This document shows positions 27,736 to 40,152 of a DNA stretch of 64,000 nt, one piece after another. Source of the stretch: Thermoanaerobaculia bacterium (GTDB lineage: Bacteria; Acidobacteriota; Thermoanaerobaculia; Multivoradales; UBA5704). A program made the translations under genes and the position numbers. The notes below the pieces were generated by a model. That model was not told where the DNA came from. It was given only the letters and a program-made list of their open reading frames with translations, and did no database searches. The first letter of the stretch is position 1. Each line of letters begins with the position of its first letter. The stretch spans positions 32,001-96,000 of the forward strand of contig JBGAGQ010000006.1 of the NCBI GenBank assembly GCA_044226625.1, read 5' to 3'.

Positions 27736-30678
27736 TTATATCCGACGCTTCTTGTTTCGGAGGGCTCCGGGAAGGTTCCTTAGCTCTGATCGTACATGTT
27801 TCGTATCCGGATGGTTCGGGCCAAGGCGGGAATCAAGAATGCGCAGAGCCCTCTCCCAGAATGCTCGAGCCCTGGCGGAATTTCCCTGTTGGTAAAAGAA
27901 TGCACCCAAATTGAAAAGGCTTTTCGCTGTTTTCACATGCTCGGGCCCTAGAACCTTTTCTAAGATCGCGAGCGCTCGCTCGTAGCACGTCCGAGCCCCT
28001 ACCAAGTCCCCAAGCTCCTGAAGAAGACCGCCGAAGTTATTCAGGCTCGCAGCTGTATCCGGGTGTACTGGACCGAGGGCCTTTTCTTGGATCGTAAGCG
28101 CCTTCTCATAACACAACCGAGCCCCTGCCAAGTCCCCCAACCTGCGAAGAAGACCACCAAGGTTACTAAGGCTCTTAGCGGTATCCCGGTGTTCTGGACC
28201 GACTTTTTCTAGGATCGTAAGCGCTCGCTCGAACCTCAACTGAGCCCCCGTCAAGTCTCCCAAACCCTGAAGAAGACTACCGAGATTGTTCAGGATCGTA
28301 GCGGTATCCGGGTGTTCTGGACCGAGAACCCTTTCCTGGATCATAAGCGCCCGCTCGTGGCAGCCCTGAGCTAGCGCCAAGTCCCCCAGTTCGTGAAGAA
28401 GAGCGCCGAGATTATTCAGGCTCGTAGCGGTATCCGGGTGTTCTGAACCGAGAACCTTTTCCCGGATCGCAAGCGCCCGCTCATAGCACAAGCGAGCCCC
28501 AGCCAAGTCCCCCAAATCCTGAAGAAGACCACCGAGATTATTCAGGCTCGTAGCGGTATCCGGGTGTTCTGGACCGAGAACCTTTTCCCGGATCGCAAGC
28601 GCCTGCTCGTGAAAAGGTCTGCTCCCAGCATAGTTCCCTTGATCGACCAAGACAGCGCCAAGATCATTCAGGCTTTGGGCCGTATCCGAACACTCCGATC
28701 CCAGGGCCATTTCTCGGAGTTCCAAAGTTCGCTGGTAAATAGCTTGAGCGGTCTGGAGGTCACCTTGGCTGTGAAAGACCCGACCAAGGACGTTCAAGCT
28801 GCGTGCCGTTCCGGGATCCTCTGGACCAGATACCGCTTCGTGGAGAGCAACAGCTCTTTCCAAGTAAAGCTGCGCCTCAGAATAGTCCCCGGCCTGCCAG
28901 AGGTGAGCTCCCAACTCGTCGCAGAGCAGCGCCGCAGCCCTGTCCTCCCGATCACGGGTCCGGTCTGTCACGACTCGAAGATGAGGCAACCAGCTTCGAA
29001 GGGCTGCCGGATTGGCAATCTCGTTGAGCCGGCCGGCCTCTGAAATCCAGACCTCCTCCACAGCATCCTGGGCCTCGGTTCCATTTCCTACACCGACAGC
29101 CCAGGCGGCAACTAGTCGATGCATTCGGAGGTCTTTGCGCTCGTCCACTTTCAGAAGCCCGAGATCCGTTAGCCGCCTGAGCGCATCCTCTGCATCTAAT
29201 CCCTTCGACATGTCTGCCGAGTTCACGCCCGCCGACCGCAGAAGCAGCGAACGCGGAATCGGCTCACCGGCAGCAAACAATGCCGCCCGAACGAGAAGCT
29301 CGATCGCAAGAGAGTCTGTAGCTGCTATCGGCTCCAACCTCTCGAAACTAAGTGCAAATGTGCGGCCCACATGAGCCGAGTGCCCCGTCGGTAGCGCACC
29401 GGCTCCCCGACCTTGTAAAGACGGATGGTCCAGGAGATTTGGCTGCCGCAGAGAATCTAGATAGGTCAGTGGCTCTCCGTATGGCGAACTTCGATAAGTC
29501 TTGAGAAAACTTCCCGCCAGATGCAGTGCCAGGGGTAGATCCCCAAGCTCCTCCGCAATCGATCCAAGGACCGATTCCCCCTCCAAGACCTCAGGCCGGA
29601 AATGCCCAAGCAGCTCGACGCTTGCGGGACGAGGAAGTGTGGTAAGTGGTACCGTCGTGACGTTCAGTGCAGCATCCCAGTGTGCTTTCCGGCTCGTGAC
29701 TAAGACGCGGGCACCACCGAATGGAGGCCGATGGCGCCGGAGTAGTTCCTCCTCCTCGCAGTTGTCGAAGACGAGGAGCCGCGGGAGCGAGCTCTGCCAG
29801 GCGGTTTCCACAAGGCGCACCTGCTGCTCGCCAGTCAGCGTGTCGAAGCTCGAATGCAACCCGAGTGCATGACCACAGGCCGCGATCTCAGCCTGGACCG
29901 ACCCGGCATCCGCGAAGCTCATCCAGAAGACTCCGCCTGCGAAGAACCTGCCGTATCGATGAACGAATTCGGAGGCGATCTGCGTCTTCCCGATTCCGCC
30001 GAGCCCCGTCGCGGCGGCGATCTCGACCTGGCCGACCGCGGAGGTTCCGCCCGCCTTAAGCTGGCGGGCCAAAGCCTTGAGATCCTCCTCGCGCCCCACG
30101 AAGAGCGGGTTCGGAGCCAGCAGCATGCGCGAGCCGACCGGCAAAGGTCCGGGCAATGGAATCTCATCGATCGGGAGGGCTGCGAGAGTGCTCTCAGCGT
30201 CTTTGGGGTCGGGCTGCGCGGCGGCCGGGCAGGGGAAAGGATGTGCCCCTGGAAACCGAACGACTTCTGGGCGAATTCGGCCGGTGACCAACCCTTTGGC
30301 AATCTCTTCGCGAGCCGCCGCTTCATTCATGCCAACCACGCGGATCTGGATGACGGCCGCCAGCAGCCCTAAATCGTTTGGGGGAATCTCGCGCACCAGA
30401 ATCGGAACGAGCTTTCCTTGGGATCCATCCGGATCCGCCGCGAAGGCAGCGGACCATTCGGCCATTGCGAAGAGAGACTGCAGGTAGTCCGGGGAAAGGA
30501 CCGCGATCGTACGCTTACAACCGATGGCCGCCCGCTGCATCTCGACGACGAAATTGCCTCCAGGCCGGAAATCCCAAGCCTGAATCGTGACCGAATATTT
30601 CGCCCCTTCTAAGGTCTGGGCGATCCACTCGGCCCAAGGGCGATCGGCTTGGGTATAGCTGATGAAGAAGTCGGACAT
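27736..30678 (-). CDS. TIR - NB-ARC (STAND) - TPR protein, NLR-like
   Basis: TIR_2 N-terminus (FFISY..D..WAEWIA..WDFRPG..AVLSPDY..AEW); Walker A GLGGIGKT, Walker B LLVFDN, VTSR, GDLPLAL, MHRLV; about nine 42-aa TPRs. Confidence 0.92.
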   Translation of the reverse strand: MSDFFISYTQADRPWAEWIAQTLEGAKYSVTIQAWDFRPGGNFVVEMQRAAIGCKRTIAVLSPDYLQSLFAMAEWSAAFAADPDGSQGKLVPILVREIPPNDLGLLAAVIQIRVVGMNEAAAREEIAKGLVTGRIRPEVVRFPGAHPFPCPAAAQPDPKDAESTLAALPIDEIPLPGPLPVGSRMLLAPNPLFVGREEDLKALARQLKAGGTSAVGQVEIAAATGLGGIGKTQIASEFVHRYGRFFAGGVFWMSFADAGSVQAEIAACGHALGLHSSFDTLTGEQQVRLVETAWQSSLPRLLVFDNCEEEELLRRHRPPFGGARVLVTSRKAHWDAALNVTTVPLTTLPRPASVELLGHFRPEVLEGESVLGSIAEELGDLPLALHLAGSFLKTYRSSPYGEPLTYLDSLRQPNLLDHPSLQGRGAGALPTGHSAHVGRTFALSFERLEPIAATDSLAIELLVRAALFAAGEPIPRSLLLRSAGVNSADMSKGLDAEDALRRLTDLGLLKVDERKDLRMHRLVAAWAVGVGNGTEAQDAVEEVWISEAGRLNEIANPAALRSWLPHLRVVTDRTRDREDRAAALLCDELGAHLWQAGDYSEAQLYLERAVALHEAVSGPEDPGTARSLNVLGRVFHSQGDLQTAQAIYQRTLELREMALGSECSDTAQSLNDLGAVLVDQGNYAGSRPFHEQALAIREKVLGPEHPDTATSLNNLGGLLQDLGDLAGARLCYERALAIREKVLGSEHPDTATSLNNLGALLHELGDLALAQGCHERALMIQERVLGPEHPDTATILNNLGSLLQGLGDLTGAQLRFERALTILEKVGPEHRDTAKSLSNLGGLLRRLGDLAGARLCYEKALTIQEKALGPVHPDTAASLNNFGGLLQELGDLVGARTCYERALAILEKVLGPEHVKTAKSLFNLGAFFYQQGNSARARAFWERALRILDSRLGPNHPDTKHVRSELRNLPGALRNKKRRI
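27790..28895 (-). repeat. Coding tandem array of about nine 126-bp TPR units
   Basis: Recurring DNA such as GCGGTATCCGGGTGTTCTGGACCGAGAACC and protein units GDL.GA..CYERAL.I.EKVLGPEHPDTA.SLNNLG; one unit is 41 aa. Confidence 0.85.
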
Positions 30679-30824
30679 CGCCAGGTTGAGAATTCCGAAG
30701 ACGGCGAAATCATACAGCCCTCCTGTAGGCAGAACCGATAGTCATTTCGGATCGCCGACAAACACGAGGGCCTCTTTGGCCTAACTCGATCTCAGCGGCC
30801 ACGTACTTCCGTTAGAGTTGTTGC

Positions 30825-31658
30825 ATGAGCACCTCGAACGTCCCCTCATCGATCCGAAGCTTCCTGGTTCCCACCTTCGTCTTCGCCATTGGAGCTCTCG
30901 CTTCCCAAGGCGGCCTGGCCCAAGCTTTGGACGAGCGGGTCCAGGCGTTCGATCCCAGCGAATGCCCGGCGTCACGCTGCAATCTCTCGGAGGCGAGCTA
31001 TCCGTTCGGGAATTGGACCGTTCGAGTGGTCCAAGCCGAACCGAAGGGCGACATTTCGGACGGCCAGCGCCCGTCCTGCAAGGCGTGGATCGAGCTGCGC
31101 GAGCGCGGCGACCGCGGGGACCGCTTGAAGAAGACGCTGGTCGGAGGCGAGATCAAGGCTTTCAATGCGTCTCCCGGGCTATTCGTCCCGCCGCAGCAAC
31201 TCGTTCCGGGTCTCTTTTTGATCGCGAGGACCGGGGGTTACGAGAACGTCGTGTTCGCGATCCATTCGAACGGCCATCTGGACCGAATCCCGGGGAGGAT
31301 CCGGTTCTACGACGCCGAGCGTCACCTGCTGTTCATCGCGACCCAGTGGACCGACCGACGGGGCCGGGTCACGGTGATCGACGAGGCCGGGCAGAAAATC
31401 GCCTTCGACAGTTTCGAGATCTTCCCTTCGACTTGGTTTCGCCTCGGGCGCGAGCTTTACTTCACGGGAGAGCGGCCCGATGGAACAACCGACGAAGCCG
31501 ATGTGGCCTACCGATTCGACCCCGCGCGTCGCGAATTCGCGCGGCGGACCGTGACGCCCGCCGAATACGCCAAGGCGACCCAGGCGGCCGACGGCTTCTT
31601 CGATCTCCACCCGCTCCGGAGCTGCCACTCGCCGACGGCCGCCGTCCCTGACGCTTAG
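30825..31658 (+). CDS. Hypothetical secreted protein
   Basis: Signal-like N-terminus, beta-rich mature part with 4 Cys; TAGAGT 6 nt upstream of the ATG. Confidence 0.6.
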   Translation: MSTSNVPSSIRSFLVPTFVFAIGALASQGGLAQALDERVQAFDPSECPASRCNLSEASYPFGNWTVRVVQAEPKGDISDGQRPSCKAWIELRERGDRGDRLKKTLVGGEIKAFNASPGLFVPPQQLVPGLFLIARTGGYENVVFAIHSNGHLDRIPGRIRFYDAERHLLFIATQWTDRRGRVTVIDEAGQKIAFDSFEIFPSTWFRLGRELYFTGERPDGTTDEADVAYRFDPARREFARRTVTPAEYAKATQAADGFFDLHPLRSCHSPTAAVPDA

Positions 31659-31726
31659 TAACGTCGCTCGACAGCCGTCCGTCGTACGACACGGATCTCG
31701 TAGCTACGCGCCCGCTAGCGGCTTTA

Positions 31727-31886
31727 CGTCCCGGAATCGGAATTTCCGTCCCAGGATAGGAATTTCTCGTCCCGAAATCCGAACTTTCGTCCCGAATTCC
31801 GAATTTCCGTCCCGGATTCCGAATTTCCGTCCCGGATTCCGAATTTCCGTCCCGGATTCCGTACTTTCGTCCCGAATTCCGAATTG
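31727..31886. repeat. Non-coding tandem array, 8 copies of a 20-bp unit (CGTCCCGGATTCCGAATTTC)
   Basis: Units start at 31727, 31747 (21 bp), 31768, 31788, 31808, 31828, 31848 and 31868; CGTCCC is invariant. Confidence 0.95.
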
Positions 31887-32054
31887 TCGCGCGCGATTTG
31901 CGCTATCGGTCCTCGATCAGCGCTTCCGGCCTGCGATCAAAGCTTGCCGCCGTGGATAGGGGCTCGCGGCCGGCGCCAACGCGTCCGCGCGATCGGAAAG
32001 CGCGACCCTGAATCCCATGGCCTCGCGAGAATCCGTCAGCCCCGGGGCGCGTCG

Positions 32055-32519
32055 CTAATGCGCGTTATTCCGGCGTTCCACCGCCTCCCGAAGGATCCGC
32101 GCCCTGTCGGCGATCAACCGCTCGAGGTATCGGCGGAGGAACAGGGCGTCGAAGATTCGGCCCAGGACACCGCAGGGCGAGAAGAATTCGACCACGTCGC
32201 GCATCGTCGTCCTGCCGCCGGATTCCTCGAAGTGGTGGTCGTGGACGAACGAAGCGAACGCCCCTTCGACCATCCGGTCCTGAAAATACCGGGGCGGATC
32301 GAAGGCGGTGATTTTCGACGTGAGACGTTGAACGACGCCCAGGTGTCGAGCGCGCCAGGTGACCGTCTCGCCGGGGCCGATCAATCCGCTCGTCGTACCG
32401 GCGATCGCCCGCTCGCCCGTATGGGCGAACGAGGCGACGTGCAGGTCGATGTCCCGCGCGGCGTCGAAACAGCGCGCGGCCGGGGCGGCGATCGTCGTCA
32501 CGATCTCGAAGCGGGCCAT
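32055..32519 (-). CDS. SRPBCC family protein
   Basis: CFDAARDIDLH, VTWRARHLG, FQDRMVEGAFASFVHDHHF. Confidence 0.85.
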   Translation of the reverse strand: MARFEIVTTIAAPAARCFDAARDIDLHVASFAHTGERAIAGTTSGLIGPGETVTWRARHLGVVQRLTSKITAFDPPRYFQDRMVEGAFASFVHDHHFEESGGRTTMRDVVEFFSPCGVLGRIFDALFLRRYLERLIADRARILREAVERRNNAH

Positions 32520-32582
32520 CTCGCCGAGAGTACAAGGAAACTCGCCGGGCGCTAGCCCGTGATCCACCTCCTCGCGCCCAGC

Positions 32583-33431
32583 CTACCCAGACTCCTCGCC
32601 GCTCGATTCGGAGAGCTCGGCTTCGAGCTCGCCGCCTTCGGGATCCTGGTCGCCGGAGAGCATGTCGCGCATCTGGCCGGTGCCCCCCGGACGGGCCGGA
32701 GGGAAAAGCGCCGTGGGTCCTGTGAACACATCCTGGAGAGTCTTCTGCTTCTTCTCCACCAGACGGAGACCCGCGCGCGCGAGCTTGGCGGAGCCCGGGT
32801 TTCGTCTCTCCTCGGAGATCTGCGTGATGCCGGTGAACTTCGTCGCCGCGTTCAACTGTCGCTGGTCCACGATCTCCTGGAGCGGCGCGTTGGCGTCCGA
32901 CATCCGCGCCAGCAACTCCCGGGCGACCTTGCTCTCGTCGGTGCCCGCCGGCACGAGCTTGCTGATCACGTCCTTGTAGGTGTCGGCCACCGGCTTGTCC
33001 GAGAAGTCGGTCTTCCGCGTCGAGATCCTCGGCCCCTCGCCCCGACCCGTGCTCACCGTCGAGGTGCCGAATCCGGTGTCGACCCGCAAGGTGGGCGTTA
33101 GGCCGTTTTGGAAATTCAGGCCGGTCTGGTTCAGGGCCGCGAACTTCTCGGACCGCTGCTTGCGCTTCTTGGTTTTCGCTCGCTGGTTCGAGCGCTTCAA
33201 CCGCTCGAGCAGCTTCTTCGCCTTCTCCTCGTCGTCGCTCTTCTGAATCGGAGCCGACTCGGACGGCGACGGAGGAGGGAGCGCCTCGAAACGATGGCCC
33301 AGGCGGCTCGCCCGTTCGAGCGAGATTTCCGAAGCGGTGACCGCCCCTTGGTGCCCCGCCGCGGCACGGGGACGCTCGCCGTCGGACGAGCTCGCTGCGG
33401 AGGGCGCTGGAGGACCTAGGGTCGTTCGCAC
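32583..33431 (-). CDS. Hypothetical protein with low-complexity leader (GHRF...PIQK) and a basic patch; start uncertain
   Basis: Track ORF 32583..33515; GTG at 33431 avoids overlap with the upstream gene and has AGGAAG upstream. Confidence 0.6.
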   Translation of the reverse strand: MRTTLGPPAPSAASSSDGERPRAAAGHQGAVTASEISLERASRLGHRFEALPPPSPSESAPIQKSDDEEKAKKLLERLKRSNQRAKTKKRKQRSEKFAALNQTGLNFQNGLTPTLRVDTGFGTSTVSTGRGEGPRISTRKTDFSDKPVADTYKDVISKLVPAGTDESKVARELLARMSDANAPLQEIVDQRQLNAATKFTGITQISEERRNPGSAKLARAGLRLVEKKQKTLQDVFTGPTALFPPARPGGTGQMRDMLSGDQDPEGGELEAELSESSGEESG

Positions 33432-33468
33432 GCTCGGCTTCCTAGGTCTCCGCGGCGCCAGCGACGCT

Positions 33469-34539
33469 TCATTTCTTTTTTCCGCCGCTCCGGAGCGCCT
33501 CTTCTCGGCGCACACGCTCGACGTAGGCCCACTCGTCGGGCGTCAGCAGCGCATCCGCATAGCGAGCGTTCGGGCGGAAGCCGACTCCCTTGGCTTCCGG
33601 GTCGAAATCCGAAACCCCTTCCGGGCGATAGAACTGCTCGGCGAGTTTCCGATCCTCGAACGGCTTACCGTGAACCGCGAACGGTAGGTTGCGGCAAATC
33701 CGCAACGCTTCGAGGTCGAGCGCTTTCCAAGTCGGGTCGTCGGCTTCGAGATTCTCGAGCGGCGGGCAGTCGAAGCGACTCGGCCACGAGTGATTCAAGA
33801 GGATGAGCGTGAAGTCGCCTGTCGGACGCCAGTCCTTCATCTCGAACAGGAGGTCGGTCCGACCTCCCGCCGCCGTGGGCCGCTCGATGCTTTCGGCGAG
33901 GCGGAAGCTCGGCGGGTACTGGATCACGATCGGAGGCATCTCCAGATCGATCAGACGAAAACGCGCCCGGCCGATCGGTCCGTTCCAGAGCGCGCCGGTC
34001 GCGGTGACGTAGGTGAGGCTCTCGTAGCCCGCGCCCGGCGTCCGATCGTAGCGATAGCGGTGGACGATCTCGATCGTCTCGGAAGGCTCGAACGCGACGT
34101 CGAACAGATAGACCTTGCCGAGCCGCTTCGACCACGGCGGTTTGGAAACCTTTCCCTCGCGCATTGCGACCTGCATGCCCCGAACCTCCGTTCGCAGGCC
34201 GCGGAACTCGCCACAACGAGGGGTACCATCTCCCTCCCAGTCCTCGCCGCCGCAACGCGTCTCGGGGAAGCCCATGGTCAACCGCACCGGTTTCTTCGAC
34301 GGATTCTCGAACCGATATTTCGCCACCACGTCCCACTCGCCCCAGGCCCCCTCGTAGGTGAGCGGGCTCGCGGCGACGAAGGTGATCTCCTCCTCCGCCA
34401 TGCGAATCGTCGTCTCGGTAAGCGGGATCAAGTCGGAGCCGCTACCGCCGAATGTGCTGTCGTTCGCCCGCGCCACGGTCGGCAGGCCGAAGGCCACCAC
34501 GAGGAGTGCGGCGAGCCCAAAGTGTCGCTTTCTATTCAT
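33469..34539 (-). CDS. Secreted DUF4424-like / YARHG-domain protein
   Basis: Signal peptide ending ARA-NDS; YVTATGALWNGPIG; C-terminal LRICRNLPFAVHGKPF (YARHG variant). Confidence 0.7.
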   Translation of the reverse strand: MNRKRHFGLAALLVVAFGLPTVARANDSTFGGSGSDLIPLTETTIRMAEEEITFVAASPLTYEGAWGEWDVVAKYRFENPSKKPVRLTMGFPETRCGGEDWEGDGTPRCGEFRGLRTEVRGMQVAMREGKVSKPPWSKRLGKVYLFDVAFEPSETIEIVHRYRYDRTPGAGYESLTYVTATGALWNGPIGRARFRLIDLEMPPIVIQYPPSFRLAESIERPTAAGGRTDLLFEMKDWRPTGDFTLILLNHSWPSRFDCPPLENLEADDPTWKALDLEALRICRNLPFAVHGKPFEDRKLAEQFYRPEGVSDFDPEAKGVGFRPNARYADALLTPDEWAYVERVRREEALRSGGKKK

Positions 34540-34583
34540 CGCACCGCTCCGGGATGTCTTCCTTCGACTCGGAGAGCCGGCCC

Positions 34584-38348
<3,765 letters not shown>

Positions 38349-38373
38349 GGTCGTGTTCTCCTCGTGTCCGCGA

Positions 38374-38985
38374 TCAATACAACCGTTTGCCTTCGATCTG
38401 GTCGACGTCTTGCGAAATCGAAACACCATCGCTCTGGTCCTCGGGCTTCAAGCAGCTCATCTCGTCGTTGAAGGCCCAGGCGCTGCAGACCTGCGCGGTG
38501 TAGACCGCCGTCACGTCGAGCTCGTAGACGCTCTGGATGACCATGAAACCGATCGTGATCGGATAGGGGAAAGGCACCGGCGAGCCGTAGATCAATTCGC
38601 CGATCCGGTTGCAGTCGTCCATCGTCGCCTCACCCGGAGCGAGCTGGATGAAGTCGAAGCCGCTCGCGTCGACGACCTTCGGCTCCCGGCCGACGGGCTT
38701 TTCGCCTCGCACCAGGATCAGGACCTTTTTGAAGACCTGATTGTTCGGATTGATGGGATCGATGATCTGATTCGGGTTGTAAATGTTGATGTCCGTCGCG
38801 TAGTTGCCCAGCTTGACCGTCGGCTCGCCTTCCCGATTACCGTCCAACGAACGGCCGACGTTCTCCGGATTGAAACCGCAGACGAACTTCACGGCGTAGC
38901 TGAACTGGGGTTTGGCGAGCGCCGGCGCCGCCATCAGCAGCGCGAGGGCGAGACCGAGAGGCAGGTAGGTCCAACGTTTCCGCAT
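38374..38985 (-). CDS. Hypothetical secreted protein, paralog B
   Basis: GAGGAG RBS, signal peptide, FSYAVKFVCG..GNYATDINIYN..TMDDC..VTAVYTA..SQDVDQI. Confidence 0.8.
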   Translation of the reverse strand: MRKRWTYLPLGLALALLMAAPALAKPQFSYAVKFVCGFNPENVGRSLDGNREGEPTVKLGNYATDINIYNPNQIIDPINPNNQVFKKVLILVRGEKPVGREPKVVDASGFDFIQLAPGEATMDDCNRIGELIYGSPVPFPYPITIGFMVIQSVYELDVTAVYTAQVCSAWAFNDEMSCLKPEDQSDGVSISQDVDQIEGKRLY

Positions 38986-39145
38986 GTCTTCTCCTCGGGC
39001 AAGAGGTCGGATTCGCGGAGCGGATGCCCCGCGCGGAGACGACAGATTCATCCCCATGCGGAAGCTCCGGGACGGAGCCCTTTTCCCGCGAATCGCAGCT
39101 TGCCTACAAGAAATAGATGTGCGGCACACCTTAGAATCGAGACAT

Positions 39146-39171
39146 CGACAACACCGAAACTAAAGTTGTCG
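39146..39171. promoter_or_regulatory. Spaced inverted repeat upstream of the paralog pair
   Basis: CGACAAC-N12-GTTGTCG in an AT-rich intergenic stretch. Confidence 0.4.
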
Positions 39172-39261
39172 GTTGCGGAGAAAATCTTTTTGTAAACGGA
39201 GGGTTACAGCTCGCGGACAGAGGCGCCCTCCGTCCGCGATCGAGCCGCGGAGCGACCCGCC

Positions 39262-40149
39262 TTAACTACCGAGGCGTCCGCGCAGGAATTCGAGCGTTCG
39301 CGGCCAAGCGGCTTGCGCGGCTTTTGCGTTCGCTCCGTCGCGGTCTTCCTGAGCGCGCAGGAAGCCGTGGCCGGCCCCTTCGAAGACGTGCGGCTCGTAC
39401 GACTTGCCGAGCTTTTTCATCTCGGCCTCGGTGGCCGGAAGCGTCGCCGTAATCCGCGCGTCGTCGCCGCCGTAGAGACCGAGCACGGGGGCTTTGACCT
39501 TCGCCAGGTCGGCCGCATCCGGGGCGGTTCCGTAATAGACGACCGCGCCGTTCAACGTCGGCTCGGCCGCGGCATAGGCAAAGCTCTTACCGCCGCCCCA
39601 GCAGAATCCGATCGTGGCGATCTTGCCGTTGCCCGCGGGAATCTTCCGCGCGTAATCGCGGACCGCGTTCAGCCGGGCGATCGTCGTCTCCGGGCTCAGT
39701 CCACGGACCAGGGAGACCACGTCGTCGCGGCTCGCGGCCGCGGCGGTTCCGCCGCCGTTCGGCCCCATTCCCGAGACCAGATCGGGCGCGACCGCGATGA
39801 AGCCCTCCTTGGCCAGCTGGTCGGCGACCCCCCGCAGCCAATCGGAGAGCCCATAAATCTCGTGGATCAGGATCACCACGCCGGCTTTGTCCTTGCGCTC
39901 GGGATAGACCACCCAGGTCTTGAGCTTGCCGCCGTCCGGAAGGGTCAGGTCGACGTACTCGCCGTGGCGAGGAGACTTGTCCAGCTGGGCTTTGGCGGTC
40001 GCCTCGGACGGAGGAAGATTCGCGTCGTGGACGGCGGGGGCGGGAGCGGCGGGCGGAGCGATTGGAGCGGCGGGCGGAGCGACTGGGGCGGCGAAGGAAG
40101 CGGTCGCGAGGAGCAGGAGTCCGAGGGTCGGTCCGACGGGAGGTCTCAT
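39262..40149 (-). CDS. Exported dienelactone hydrolase family protein
   Basis: Signal peptide, HEIYGL, GFCWGG nucleophile elbow, AGHGF. Confidence 0.9.
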   Translation of the reverse strand: MRPPVGPTLGLLLLATASFAAPVAPPAAPIAPPAAPAPAVHDANLPPSEATAKAQLDKSPRHGEYVDLTLPDGGKLKTWVVYPERKDKAGVVILIHEIYGLSDWLRGVADQLAKEGFIAVAPDLVSGMGPNGGGTAAAASRDDVVSLVRGLSPETTIARLNAVRDYARKIPAGNGKIATIGFCWGGGKSFAYAAAEPTLNGAVVYYGTAPDAADLAKVKAPVLGLYGGDDARITATLPATEAEMKKLGKSYEPHVFEGAGHGFLRAQEDRDGANAKAAQAAWPRTLEFLRGRLGS

Positions 40150-40152
40150 GGT

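Noticed and set aside
31727-31886. Tandem array as a CRISPR
   Set aside because: Units are contiguous with no unique spacers, and there are no cas genes in the window.
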